Shown in pieces: positions 1 through 12,352 of a stretch of DNA of 64,000 nt. This DNA is from Squalus acanthias (lineage: Eukaryota): contig CM059425.1 in assembly GCA_030390025.1 (NCBI GenBank), positions 169,510,001-169,574,000 of the forward strand, in the 5' to 3' direction. Under the pieces are notes generated by a model. That model saw only the letters and a program-made list of their open reading frames with translations, was not told the origin of the DNA and searched no databases. Both the position numbers and the translations under genes were made by a program. The stretch's first letter is position 1. Each line of letters opens with the position of its first letter.

Positions 1-100
1 TCTCTGAGGGCAGGCAGGTGCCATTTCTCTGGGGTTTCTGCAAATCTTCTGTCGAAAGTACAGCAAGAGATCGGGAAAGCTTCTGCTAAAAATTCCAGGC
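1..100. mobile_element. Right half of a small fold-back MITE (family of 18722-18897), cut by the window edge
   Basis: Shares TGCCATTTCTC, GATC(G/A)GGA and AAAATTC with the right arm of the 18722-18897 palindrome. Confidence 0.4.
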
Positions 101-269
101 ATGTGCGCATTTTAAAAGTTATTTACAAAGGATGAGCTTGGTTCTTAGAGTTATGATCTTTTTGTTATTTTATTCACTTGAAGAGTTAGGTGGAAGGTTA
201 TCTATTGCAAATATACAGTAGTAGTTGATCTTCATGGCGTTGAACACAGGGTGATATTCAGGTCAAGCA

Positions 270-520
270 AGGTTAGAGGGTGAAGGGGGCAGGCAGATAG
301 GAGGGAGGAAATGGGGATAGAGGATGAGGAAGGGGGAAAAGGGAAGAGAAAGAGGATACTGTGGATGTGAGAAACTAGACAGGGGAGAGGAAAGAGAGAA
401 CAGGCAAGGGGGAAGAGGAGAAGTGAATGGGGAGGAGAGGGTGGAAGAGAGGAGAACGGAATAAAGGGATGGGAAACTACATCAACAGGGACAGGAAGAC
501 AAGCAAACTCTCAGCAATAA
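270..520 (+). repeat. Purine-rich (GA) low-complexity tract
   Basis: Very strong G/A skew on the + strand (ggagagg/ggaaga motifs). Confidence 0.7.
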
Positions 521-827
521 GGGAGGAGACATGGGGTGGGGCGGGGTTGGGGAATGGCCATTTGAATGCTCAGTGGAGGGAGGAACTCCACTTTCTTCCC
601 AGAGTTATGGTGGGTAAACAGCAGAACTCTGTGGAATTTCTGGGCCATATCCTTGCTGCAGGCCCCATTGTGTTTCTAAAGCAATTCTTTCCCACACTCG
701 GTTGGGCCTATTTTTCTAGCCTTAACACTCCAGGAGCACCTGTAACAGAGGTGCGGTAAAGTAGGAATGTGGATGGAGACTCATAATGCTGGGTCTCTTA
801 TCCTATAGCACTGCCCACAAAGTTCTT

Positions 828-1666
828 GGGGCAAAGATTCGGTTGGTTAGCGCCTCCCGTTAGTGCCTCCGGGGGGCGCTAACGGGGCGCTAGGAACTTA
901 GCGCCCGAGCGCGACGATTTTAGCGGCGCTCGCAAAATTGACCAGTCGTTTTGTGGCGCCGCTAAACACCACCACCACGATCTCCTGCGCCCACAGATCG
1001 TGACATCAGTCAAGCATGCAACGCCCCGGTAGTGCCTCGGACCGGATATTGAGTCGCGCCCCCTGCCTTAGCGCCTGCCGCTCGGAATGACAGGTAGAGG
1101 GGAATATTTTCAAGTCGGGAAGGGGCTGGGGGAGCGCTATTTAAAGGCGGCGCTTCCTGCCTTTTCTTGTCGGCAACATTTTTGGGACACGCAGGTTGAG
1201 AGGGAGAAAGACGTCTGGAGAGATTTAACACTGTCCTAAGGAGTTTTGGCTCTCGGCACCACTTTTGAGGTTCCGAAGCACCGAGCTCTTTCCCTGGGCC
1301 TATCCATTAGTGCTTCCAACACAATTGGTTTAGAGGTCTCTCCAGGCCGAGATTCAAGGCTGCAATGAGCAAGGTGTGGCTGGCCAGCAAGATGGCCCCT
1401 CCCCTTTAAGAACTGGATGGCGGCAGTCTGTCTGGCTTCCATGGTAACTGACATCGCCTGAGCTGCGATAGCGTTCTGAGGTAACACCTCGCTCCTCGAC
1501 GTTTGTGCCTTAAGAAAGGTATGTAGCGCTTGACTTAGCGCTCAAATCACCTCCAGGAGCGATAGAGGCGAATTTTGCAGTCGGAGGCGATAATTAGCAC
1601 CGGGCGCTAAATTTGCGCCCGACCGATATTAGCGCCCCAAAATGGGCGATACCCAATTTTTCCCCC
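828..1666 (-). mobile_element. Harbinger non-autonomous element (MITE family A)
   Basis: TIRs GGGGCAAAGATT / AATTTTTCCCCC; TSD CTT (825-827, 1667-1669); TAGCGCC subterminal arrays; retains the Myb-gene start (MDRPRERARCF) on the minus strand. Confidence 0.9.
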
Positions 1667-1702
1667 CTTGACTTTATCCACAAACATCCCCAATTCTTGT
1701 TT

Positions 1703-3197
1703 TATAGAAACATAGAAGATAGGAGCAGGAGTAGGCCATTTGGCCCCTCGAGCCTGCTCGGCCATTCAATGCGATCATGGCTGATCATCCAAATTCAGTA
1801 CCCTGTCCCTGCTTTCTCCCCATATCCCTTGATCCCCTTAGCCTTAAGAAATATATCTAACTCCTTCTTGAATATATTTAATGAATTGGACTCAACTGTC
1901 TTCTGTGGTAGAGAATTCCACAGGTTCACCACTCTCTGGGTGAAGAAATTCCTCCTCATCTCAGTCCTAAATGACTTACCCCTTATGCTTAGACTGTGAC
2001 CCCTGGTTCTGGACTCCCCCACCATCGGGAACATCCTTCCTGCATCTAGTCTGTCTAGTCCTGTTAGAATTTTATAAGTTTCAATGAGATCCCCTCTCAT
2101 TCTTCTAAACTCTAGCGAATACAAGCCCAATCGACCCAATCTCTCTTCATACGTCATTCCTGCCATCCCAGGTATCAGTCTGGTGAATCTTCGCTGCACT
2201 CTCTCCATGGCAAGAACATCCTTCCTCAGATAAGGCGACCAGAACTGCACGCAATACTCAAGGTGTGGTCTCACCAAGGCCCTGTACAACTGCAGCAAGA
2301 CATCCTTGCTCCTGTACTCGAATCCTCTCGCTATGAAGGCCAACATACCATTTGCCTTCTTAACCGCCTGCTGCACCTGCATGCTTACCTTCAGCGACTG
2401 GTGCACAAGGACACCCAGGTCTCGTTGCACTTCCCCGTTTCCCAATCTATTGCCGTTCAGATAATAATCTGCCTTCCTGTTTTTGCCACCAAAGTGGATA
2501 ACCTCGCATTTATCCACATTATACTGCATCTGCCATTCATCTGCCCAATCACCCAACCTGTCCAAATCATACTGGAGTTTCTCTGCATCCTCCTCACAGC
2601 ACACACGCCCACCCAGCTTTGTGTCGTCTGCAAACTTGGAGATATTACATCTAGTTCCCTCATCTAGATCATTAATATATATTGTGAATAGCTGGGGTCC
2701 TAGCACTGATCCCTGCGGTACCCCACTAGTCACTGCCTGCCACTCAGAAAGAGACCCGTTTATTCCAACTCTTTGCTTCCTGCCTGCCAACCAGTTTTCT
2801 ATCCAAGACAGTACCTTACCCCCAATCCTGTGTGCTTTAACTTTGCACGCTAATCTCTTATGCGGGACCTTATCGAAAGCCTTCTGAAAGTCCAAATACA
2901 CCACATCCACTGGTTCTCCCTTATCTATTCTACCAGTTACATCCTCAAAAAATTCCAGTAGATTAGTCAAGCATGATTTACCTTTTGTAAATCCATGTTG
3001 ACTTTGTCCGATCCTGTCACTGTTTTCCAAGTGCTCTGCTATTACATCATTTATAATGGACTCTAGCATTTTCCCCACTACCGATGTCAGGCTTACTGGT
3101 CTATAATTCCCCGTTTTCTCTCTACCACCTTTTTTAAATAGTGGGGTTACATTAGCTACCCTCCAATGCATGGGAACTGTTCCAGAGTCCATAGAAT
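1703..3197 (-). mobile_element. 5'-truncated CR1/HER1-like LINE
   Basis: Open RT frame 1795-3192; 3' UTR hairpin (GGCC...GGCC) and TTCTATG(T)-type tail. Confidence 0.97.
1795..3192 (-). CDS. CR1 ORF2 fragment: reverse transcriptase and C-terminal domain, uninterrupted, no endonuclease
   Basis: Motifs NYRPVSLTS, YLDFQKAFDKV, GVPQGSVLGP, KFADDTK, RPHLEYC. Confidence 0.93.
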   Translation of the reverse strand: MDSGTVPMHWRVANVTPLFKKGGREKTGNYRPVSLTSVVGKMLESIINDVIAEHLENSDRIGQSQHGFTKGKSCLTNLLEFFEDVTGRIDKGEPVDVVYLDFQKAFDKVPHKRLACKVKAHRIGGKVLSWIENWLAGRKQRVGINGSLSEWQAVTSGVPQGSVLGPQLFTIYINDLDEGTRCNISKFADDTKLGGRVCCEEDAEKLQYDLDRLGDWADEWQMQYNVDKCEVIHFGGKNRKADYYLNGNRLGNGEVQRDLGVLVHQSLKVSMQVQQAVKKANGMLAFIARGFEYRSKDVLLQLYRALVRPHLEYCVQFWSPYLRKDVLAMERVQRRFTRLIPGMAGMTYEERLGRLGLYSLEFRRMRGDLIETYKILTGLDRLDAGRMFPMVGESRTRGHSLSIRGKSFRTEMRRNFFTQRVVNLWNSLPQKTVESNSLNIFKKELDIFLKAKGIKGYGEKAGTGY

Positions 3198-3383
3198 TTG
3201 ACCTGCGACATCATGATCTGCGACCTAATTTCCTGGTCCTGCGTTGGTTGCAGGTCATTGGCAAGCAGCCCACAATAAAAGAGCACACTATCATTTTTCC
3301 AACAACTTTTTGGACATTGTGAAGCCTGAGTAATCAGAAATTATGTAAGTTAGAGCAACTTTAACACAGAGATAAGAACCTTG

Positions 3384-3506
3384 CATTGGAACCGGTTCTG
3401 GGGGAGGTGGGACCAGTACAAACGGGACGGTCTGCACCTGGGCAGGGCCGGGACCGATGTCTTCGGGGGAGTGTTTGCTAGTGCTGTTGGGGAAGGTTTA
3501 AACTAA
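3384..3506 (+). pseudogene. C-terminal end of CR1 ORF1, SGNH/esterase-like
   Basis: HWNRFWGRWDQYKRDGLHLGRAGTDVFGGVFASAVGEGLN*; DGLHL is the DxxH motif of CR1 ORF1 esterases. Confidence 0.85.
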
Positions 3507-3693
3507 AGTGGCAGTGGATTGGGAACCTGAGCAGGGAGACAGAGGAAAGGGAAACAAGGATAAAAGCAAAAGACAGGAAGGAGAAAAATAAAAGTAGAAG
3601 GCAAAGAACTCAATGGTTTAAATCAAACATGGTCACAGTAAATAATAATTCATATCGGTCTGAGAGCATTAAAAAAACAAGCCTGAAGGCTTT

Positions 3694-4455
3694 GGGGTAA
3701 AAATTGAGTCGCGCCCCATTTGGGGCGCTAACCTCGCCGGGGCGCGACTTTTAGCGCCCCGAAAAAATTAGCGGCCCCGCGCCGGAACTTCAGTGGTTGC
3801 GCCCCAAGAGGGAAGCGGGGCGCAACTGGAAGCAGCCCGCATCCCTCTTGGGGCGCTGCGAGTGAATATCCTGGCGCTACGTGCCGCAGCGCCACGCGCT
3901 GCGGCACGTCGCGCCGCGGTATTGCAGGCCTTCCTCCCCTTCTTAAAGGGGAGGGACCCTGCGCAGCGCGAACCGGGGCCCAGCTGGGCCCCCAGGGATC
4001 AGGAGTGCCGGCAAAAGAGCCCGGCACTCAAGAGAAGTGCCGGGCTCTTGGAACGCAGCCGGCACTTCACGGTGGGGGGGGCTTCACGGGGGCCGGGGGC
4101 AGGTGCTGGCAGGCGGCCAGCAACAAAAATGGCCGCCTGCCACCTCCGCTTTAAATATCGCCGCCCCGGCCGCACGTACGCCTCCCTGAACCCGTCGGAC
4201 ATAGCGTCTGGCGGTAAATCAGGGGGCGCGACTGAAGATCACGGCCGGGGCGCGAGCGGGGTGCTGCGCACGGCGATGACGTCATCGCCGGCGGCGCAGC
4301 GCCACAGGGCGCTACCGGCTGCCGCCGCCGCTAACCTCCCACTAAATTTTTCGGGAGGCGTGGGCGGCGCTGCGCCCGGGCGTTAGCTGCTTTACGCCCC
4401 ATTAGCGCCCTCTTAAGGCGCTAACGGGAGGCGCAAGCAGCTGAATTTTTCCCCC
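3694..4455 (+). mobile_element. Harbinger MITE (family A variant) inserted in CR1 ORF2
   Basis: TIRs GGGGTAAAAATT / AATTTTTCCCCC; TSD TTT confirmed by the LINE reading frame; CpG-rich; 20-bp palindrome CGGCGATGACGTCATCGCCG at 4271-4290. Confidence 0.95.
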
Positions 4456-4456
4456 T

Positions 4457-7400
4457 TTGTGTCTTAATGCAAGGAGCATTCGGAACAAGGTGGATGAATT
4501 AGCTGCGCTAATAGAGGTAAATGAATACGATTTGATTGGGATTACAGAAACATGGCTCCAGGGTGGCCAAGGCTGGGAACTCAACATCCAGGGGTATTCA
4601 ATATTTACGAAAGATAGGCAAAAAAGAAAGGGAGGTGGGGTAGCATTGCTTGTTAAAGAGGGGATTAGCACAATTGAAAGGAAGGATATTAGCTCTGATG
4701 ATGCGGAATCTGTATGGGTAGAACTGAGAAATGACAAGGGGCAGAAAACATTAGTGGGAGTGGTATATAGACCTCCAAACAATAATACGGAGGTTGGGGA
4801 TGGCATTAAAAGGGAAATTAGGGAAGCATGCAGTAAGGGCACAGCAGTTATCATGGGTGACTTTAATTTACATATAGATTGGGCTAACCAAATTAGTAAA
4901 AATACTGTGGAGGAGGAATTCCTAGAATGTTTACGGGATGGTTTTCTGGAACAATATGTCGAGGAACCAACCAGAGATCAGGCCATCTTAGACTGGGTAT
5001 TATGTAACGAGAAAGGATTAATTAGCAATCTTGTTGTACGAGGCCCCTTGGGTCAGAGTGATCATAATATGATAGAATTCTTCATTAGGATGGAGAGTGA
5101 AGTAGTTGAATCACAGACTAGGGTCCTGAATTTAAATAAAAGAAACTACGATGGTATGAGGCGCGAATTGGGTAGGATTGATTGGGGAATGTCACTCAAA
5201 GGGTTGACGGTGGATAGGCAATGGCAAACATTCAAAGACTGCATGGATGAACTACAGAATTTGTTCATCCCAGTGTGGCATAAGAATAAAACAAAAAGGG
5301 TGACTCAACCGTGGCTAACAAGGGAAATTAGGGATAGCATAAGATCCAAGGAGAGGGCATATAAATTGGCCAGAAAAAGCGGTAACCCTGAGGATTGGGA
5401 GCAGTTTAGGATTCAACAAAGGAGGACAAAGGGATTAATTAAGAAGGGGAAAATAGAATATGAAAGTAAGCTTTCAGGGAACATAAAAACTGACTGTAAG
5501 AGCTTTTATAGATATGTGAAGAGAAAAAGATTAGTGAAATCAAGTGTAGGTCCCTTGCAGTCAGAAGCGGGGGAAGTTATAATGGGGAACAAAGAAATGG
5601 CAGCCCAATTAAATTCATATTTTGGTTCTGTCTTCAAAAAGGGGGACACAAATAACCTCCCAGAGATGTTGGAGAACATAGGGTCTGATGAAAGGGAGAA
5701 ACTGAAAGAAATCAGTATTTGCAGGGAAATGGTGTTAGGGAAATTGACGGGATTGAAGGCCGATAAATCCCCAGGGCCTGATAATCTACATCCTAGGGTA
5801 CTTAAGGAAGTGGCCCTAGCAATAGTAAATGCATTGCTGATCATCTTCCAACATTCGATGGAATCTGGAACTGTACCCATGGATTGGAGGGTAGCTAATG
5901 TTACCCCACTATTCAAAAAGGGTGGTAGAGAGAAAGCGGGGAATTACAGACCGGTAAGCCTGACATCGGTAATGGGGAAAATGCTAGAGTCCATTATAAA
6001 GGATGTAATAGCTGAGCACTTGAAAAACAGTGACAGGATCGGACAAAGTCAACACGGATTTACAAAATGTAAATCATGCTTGACTTATCTACTAGAATTT
6101 TTTGAGGATGTAACTGGGAAAATAGATAAGGGAGAACCAGTAGATGTGGTGTATTTGGACTTTCAAAAGGCTTTCGATAAGGTCCCGCATAAGAGATTAG
6201 CGTGTAAAGTTAAGGCACATGGGATTGGGGGCAAGGTATTGACTTGGATAGAGAACTGGTTGGTGGACAGAAAGCAGAGAGTAGGAATTAATGGGTCTTT
6301 TTCTGAGTGGCAGGCAGCGAATAGTGGGGTACTGCAGGGATCGGTCCTTGGACCCCAGCTATTCACAATATACATTAATGATCTAGATAAGGGAACTAAA
6401 TGTAATAGGCCAAAAATTGATCCCGCTGCGCGAGAGTACGCATTGCGTACTCTCGCGTATTCTCTCTCCAATTGCCGGTTTTCTGCATGCCCTGCGCATG
6501 CGCTGAAAACCGGCACTTGGTCTTTGGAAAAGGGGGCGGTTCCTCGGTGCATCGCGTGCGCGTTACAGGCTGCGCGCACGCTGTGCACTTCGTGCTTTGG
6601 ATGCGCAGGTAAGGACGGAAGATTTTAGAAATGGAAAAAGGAGGAGTAAGACCCACTTTTAACAAGGTAAGTAGTGAATTAAGTATTTTTTTGAATTTTT
6701 TTTAACAGGTATATCTTTTTTAGAGACTTTAAAGACAGGTAAGTTTATTTTTATAACCTTTTAAAAGATTTTAAATTTTTTCAAAAATTTAATTTTTTAT
6801 TTAAAATGGTTAATTTATTTAACTATACTTATTTTATTAATGTGATGGTTTTTTTTTAAAATTTAATTGAGGTTTAGCTGTTATTTTGGGGGGGTGTAAG
6901 ATTCATAGCTTTCACAGCACGTATGTGAAACTTATGAATGGAAGTTGGTGTGCTGCCATTGGCTCTAACTGAGTCACGTGATCCCACAGCTCGCACGAAT
7001 TCACTACGCCGGTGGGATATGCAAGCACTGCCCAGCTGATGTCTGGAACATCAAGTTCGTGCGAGCTGGATCTGAAAAAGCCAACGCGGAGTGAGAGATC
7101 GCGTCTGCTCCTTACCCCCGCGGGAACAGAGCGAGATCAATTTCTGGGCCAATATCTCCAAGTTTGCAGATAACACAAAGCTGGGTGGGCGTGTGTGCTG
7201 CGAGGAGGATACCGAGAAACTCCAGGATGATTTGGACAGGTGGGGTGAGTGGGCAGAAGCGTGACAGATGCAATATAACATGGATAAATGCGAGGTTATC
7301 CACTTTGGTGTCAAAAACAGAAAGGCAGACTATTATCTGAATGGCAATAGATTGGGAGATGGGGAAGTGCAACGAGACCTGGGTGTCCTTGTGCACCAGT

Positions 7401-8002
7401 CGCTGAAGGTAAGCATGCAGGTGCAGCAGGCGGTGAAGAAGGCAAATGGTATGTTGGCCTTCATAGCGAAAGGGTTTGAGTATAGGAACAGGGATGTCCT
7501 GCTGCAGTTGTACAGAGCCTTGGTGAGACCACACCTTGAATACTGTGTGCAGTTTTGGTCGCCTTATCTGAGGAAGGATGTTCTTGCCATGGAAGGAGTT
7601 CAGCGAAGATTCACAAGGCTGATACCTGGGATGGCAGGAATGACATATGAGGAGAGATTGGGTCGATTGGGCTTATACTCGCTGGAGTATAGAAGAATGA
7701 GAGGGGATCTCATCGAAACATATAAAATTCTGACAGGTCTGGACAAACTAGATGCAGGAAGAATGTTCCTGATGGTCGGAGAGTCCAGAACCAGGGGTCA
7801 TAATCTTCGGATAAGGGGTAAGCCATTTAGGACAGAAATGAGGAAGAATTTCTTCACCCAGAGAGTGGTGAACCTGTGGAATTCTCTACCACAGAAGGTA
7901 GTTGAGGCCAAGTTATTAAATATATTCAAGAATGAGTTAGATATATTTCTTAAAGCTAAAGGTATCAAGGGATATGGGGAGAAGGCAGGTACAGGGTACT
8001 GA
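4457..8002 (+). pseudogene. CR1 ORF2 (APE endonuclease + RT), disrupted
   Basis: ORF pieces 4457-6406 and 7154-8002; the catalytic FADD motif reads FADN; TGA stop at about 7262; MITE insertion. Confidence 0.93.
6407..7150 (+). mobile_element. Harbinger-type MITE family B inserted in the CR1 RT region
   Basis: TIRs AGGCCAAAAATTGATC / GATCAATTTCTGGGCC; TSD AAT; GC-rich hairpin arms around an AT-rich core. Confidence 0.93.
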
Positions 8003-8384
8003 GTTTGGATGATCAGCCATGATCTCATCGAATGGCGGAGCAGGCTCGAGGGGCTGAATGGCCTACTCCTGCTCCTATCTTCTATGTTTCTATGTTGTTG
8101 GAAATAGAACTATTATAGTGATTGTTTGTTCTACATGTTTGGCAGCTTAGATGACACGTGTATAAGCTTTGAATGGGGATGACCTTTTGAACCCCACCCC
8201 CCTTTACATGTGTTATCTGGAGGAAGATAAGCAGGGAAGCTGTGCTGGTGTCAATGTGACAAGACACCATCAAAGGAGGCACTGACTCAGAGGTACTTGA
8301 CTGAGTGGGTTTACAGACCCAAGTAAACATTTTAGGACCTTTCGAAGGAACTATGTCATCAGAGGCTCTGGTTTTGCCGGCAGT

Positions 8385-9430
8385 TTGTCCAAGACTCAGA
8401 AGACGAACCCTGGTTCAATTCGGAGTGTAGAAGGGCATGCCAGTAGTACCACCAGCCATACCGTAGAATTACACGCCAACCTAGTGAAACTAGAACACAG
8501 AGCTACCCGCATTCTGAATGGCAAAAGCAGCAAGCTATAGGCCAAGCTAAGTTGTCCTACAACCAATAGATCAGAACAAAACTCTGTAGCCCAACCATAT
8601 CCAGTTGAGAATGGTGCTGGACAACTTGGAACTAACAGGAGAAGAGGCTCCATGAACAACCCCATCCTCAAACATGGTGGAGCTCAGCACGTGAGTACAA
8701 GAATCAAGGCTGAAGTGTTTACAAGTTTCTTCAGTCAAAAGTGCTAAGTGAACAATCCTATTTGGCATTCTCCAGCGGTTCCCACCATCATAGATGCCAG
8801 TATCCAGCCACTTTGGTTCTCTTCATATGACATTAAGTAGTGGCTGAGTGCACCAGAGCAAGTTGTACCCTCAGCCAAGCTGGTCCGGTACAGCTATGAT
8901 ACTGGTATCTACCCGATAATGTGGAAAATTTTCGAGGTATATCCTACCCACAAAAAACAGGACGATGTAACCCGACCAATCACTGCCCTAGCATTCTCTT
9001 TCCAATTATCAGTAAAGTGATAAAAGGACTCACCAGTGGTGTCATCAAGCAACACTTGCTCACAAATAACCTGTTCACTAACAATCAGTTTGGGTTCCGC
9101 TAGAACCACTTAGCTAAAGATCTTATTACAGTTTTGATCCAGATGTGGAGACAAGAGCTGAAGACCAGAGGAGAAGCGAGAGTAGTTGCCCTCGACATCA
9201 AGGCAGCATTCAACTGAGTATGACATCAAGGACCCTTAGCAAACTAAGGTCAATGGGGGTCAAAGGGAAAACTCTCAAGTGGCTGGAGTCATACCTGGCA
9301 TAAAGCAAGATAGTTGTGGTTATCGACAGCCAATCATCATAGCCCTGGGACATTGCTGCAGGAGTTTCTGAGAATCATCCTCAGTCGAACCATCTTTAGC
9401 TACTTCATCAATGGTCTTCCCTCCATCAGA
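8385..9430 (+). mobile_element. Degenerate fragment of a second non-LTR retrotransposon family (LINE family B, CR1/L2 group)
   Basis: Frameshifted RT motifs: NNQFGFR, VALDIKAAF, WLESYLA, TIFSYFIN. Confidence 0.8.
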
Positions 9431-10544
9431 TTCAGGAGTGGGGCTGTTCATTTAAAAGAAGTAATGAACTTAGATCTCATGAATGGTGCTCATTTGGGAT
9501 TGCTGGTTGCTGTTTTAAAGGTAGAAAAAGCAGTAGCAAGATGGAGGGGTTTAGGGATGGACTTCCAGAAACTAGGCCTGAGGTGGCTAAAGCAGGTTGC
9601 AGGGCTGGGGGTGGCAAGGCCATGGCGGAATTTATAAATGAGGATAAGGATTAAACGAGATTCTTCTCCTACATCTGCTATCAATCTGCCTTATTTATGC
9701 ACTCATAGCAAGGATAGAAAATATACTACCATTCAACAAGAGGATGATTTAACTTTGAAGGGATTTTTTTTAAAAAAAGGTAAAATCTGCAAAGGTCCAA
9801 ATTCTCTCAATTTGATCAAACTCCCCCTTCCTCCCAAATTCCTGTGAGCTTGGCTTGCAATTTGAATTCATGATCATCCCAACTTCACTTTCCCACGGAT
9901 TTATCATTAAGCAAGCGCCACTGCTCATATCAGTACACATTTACTTGTCCGACATGTAATGCTCTGGTGCACTCAGTATTTTGATTTACTGTCAAGATGA
10001 TCGACAAAGGATAGGGAGAGAGCTCTATATTGAAAGTGACAAGGAGTCCAGCAAATGGCAAATTAATTAGATAAGGGACAATTGCAATATTAAAAATGTT
10101 TAATTAGACAACAATTAATTGCTCATTTAATATTAGAAGGATATGATTACGGACAACAGCATTGCACAGTAAGTGCCAGAAAACAAGTTATGCAAATAAT
10201 TTGGGCAGGACATAAAAATTGTGTCATAGATAATTGGTTTCCCTTGACATTTTTATTGCATCGTGTCTGCTATTACTTAGTAAACATTGCTGGCAATTTG
10301 ATGGTGTGCGAAACATACAAAAACATTATCTAGTATATCCACTCCTAATAATACGTCACTCTCCTAAATGAAACCGTTTATGATATATACTATTTCTCAT
10401 AGTTGCCACAGGTAATGCTATGAACTTGCATAATACGGTGCAGTAAGGTACATTAGTGCACACAGCACAAGAGAATTATTGTTTTATTTGGGTTTTCTTT
10501 GGTATTTTAAATCTCACAAGTTACTCAAGGCTTAGTTATACAAT

Positions 10545-10682
10545 AAAAAGTAGAAAGAGCTGCAAATGCTGGAAATCTGAAATAAAAACAAAAAATGTTG
10601 GAAATACACAGCAGGTTAGTCAGCATTTGTAAAAGAGAAAATCACCTTATTGACCTTTGGGATATGTAACCCTTCATCAGGT
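10545..10682 (-). repeat. Penelope-like terminal-repeat fragment with a degenerate hammerhead motif
   Basis: Minus strand reads CTGATGAAGGG...CCC, followed by the family body ATGCTGACTAACCTGCTG...TTTCAGATTTCCAGCAT. Confidence 0.6.
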
Positions 10683-10765
10683 GTAGGGTAAGAACAACAA
10701 CAGATACAGCACTACAACAGTAATAGCAACAAGACAATCCAATTATATAGCACCTCTAATCTAAT

Positions 10766-11526
10766 GGCCCAAAAATTCGGCCCTTCCTGGGTGAGTACGG
10801 ACTGTGTACTCACCCGTATTGCTTCCCGAAGTGCCGGTTTCCTGCATGCACTGCACATGCGCGGGAAACCGGAACTTCCGGTATGGTGAAGGGGGCGGTT
10901 CCTAGGTGAACCGCGTGTGCGCTAGAGGCTGCGTGCACGCAGCACACTTAGATTTTTTTCAGGTTTCTACACGAGGTTAAGTATGGAAGATACTATGCTA
11001 ATGAAAAGGAAGCGCAAGACCCGTTTTGAACAAGGTAAGTGGTTAATTAAGTATAATTTTAAATTTTTTTCAACAGGTTTATCTTTTTTAGATACTTTAA
11101 AGAAAGGTAAGTTTATTTTTATAACTTTTAAAAAGTATTTTAATTTTTTCAAAAATGTAAATTTTTGTTTAAAGTGGTTAATTTATTTAACTATAGTTAT
11201 TTTATAAATGTGATGGTTTTTAAAAAAAAATTATTTTAAGTTTAGCTGTTCTTTTGGGGCCGATTTCAATTCACAAATTTGACAGGTCTGTCAAATCTAT
11301 GAATGAAAGATGGTCTGCTGCCATTGACTCTCCATGGCCCACGTGATCCCAGGGGTCGCATCGCACTAACTGCGCCCCTGGAACACGCAAGCACTGTGCG
11401 CCGGCAGTTGGGAGAGGCCCAGGACCCGAAGTTCCCGTGGGCCCAAAACACAACGGCAGGCGCGGTAGGTAAGAGCGCGCGTGATCCTTACCCCCGCGAC
11501 AAGCCGGACACGCGAATTTCTGGGCC
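10766..11526 (+). mobile_element. Harbinger-type MITE family B
   Basis: TIRs GGCCCAAAAATTCG / CGAATTTCTGGGCC; TSD AAT; colinear with 6407-7150. Confidence 0.93.
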
Positions 11527-11545
11527 AATAAGATTTGGTTTGTAT

Positions 11546-11793
11546 TAGGGTTGCAGCCCTCCAGGAATATCCTGGTGTTTTCAGGAATTAAAATTACTTT
11601 CCTGGACACTGCTGTGAGCAATCCAGGAGAAAAATTATTGGGGCATTAAAAAAATTGTGTGTATTTTTCATTTTCTTTGAACACTTTTGTGTATGAATAT
11701 ATTGGAGATGGCTGTTTGACTGCCGACGGTTGGCTGTGGGAGGTCATGTGATGAAACCTCCAGGAATATGTCCAACCAGAGTTGGCAACCCTA
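11546..11793. mobile_element. hAT-superfamily MITE (Blackjack-like termini)
   Basis: Ends TAGGGTTGCA / TGGCAACCCTA; 8-bp TSD GTTTGTAT / GTCTGTAT. Confidence 0.85.
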
Positions 11794-11814
11794 GTCTGTA
11801 TATTCCAGAAAAAA

Positions 11815-12352
11815 AATAGACTCGGGCAATTTGATCGCGGTTTATAAAATAATAAAGGGACTAGATTGTGTTTATGTGGGCCAACTGGATAGGTTAGGGT
11901 GAATCAAGAGTTACGCTTACAAATTATATATGGCCAATTAGGTTGGACGTTAGGAGGTTCTTCTTTTCCCAGAGAATAGTGAACATGTGGAACAGGCTTT
12001 TGTGGTGAATGTTGATTCGCTGAATTCCTTAAAGAGAGAGCAGGACCTGTTTCTTGTTGGGGTAGAGATCACTTTGTACAAGAGGTAGATACCCTGTGAT
12101 ATAAATCTAGGTCAATGTGATCTCCGAGACTAGTTTCGATCGCTTAAATTGATCAGGGAGAGATTTTCCAGATATTTTTTCTTTCATTGGCCTGGGTTTT
12201 TAATCTGTTTTTCTGCATCTCACAAGATGCATCTACATGGCTCTGGGTAAGTAGGGAGTGTCTGTATCATGATGTATAGAGCATCACAACTATATGGGAC
12301 ACACTAGATGGACTAGTGGGTCTTTCCCTGTCTATCATTTTCATATGGTCGT
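11815..12352 (+). mobile_element. Old CR1 3' fragment
   Basis: Degenerate LIAVYKIIKGLD and FFFSQRIVNMWNRL; CR1-type 3' end. Confidence 0.7.

Larger units (their letters stand above)
3383..8095 (+). mobile_element. Near full-ORF2 CR1/HER1-like LINE, interrupted by two Harbinger MITEs
   Basis: End of ORF1, APE endonuclease (CLNARS, GDFN, SDHN), RT, same 3' tail as 1703-3197. Removing 3694-4455 and 6407-7150 plus one TSD copy each restores SLKALCLNARS and TKCNISKFA. Confidence 0.97.

Noticed and set aside
1613..2887. Plus-strand ORFs overlapping the CR1 copy
   Set aside because: Antisense shadow frames of the LINE ORF2.
3728..4386. Long GC-rich ORFs inside MITEs (also at 1010, 17920, 19789, 34765 and 58007)
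   Set aside because: Stop-poor frames caused by high GC; no domain beyond a few residual Myb start codons.
6407..6628. Novel C-terminal extension of the 723-aa LINE ORF
   Set aside because: Read-through from CR1 ORF2 into the inserted MITE.
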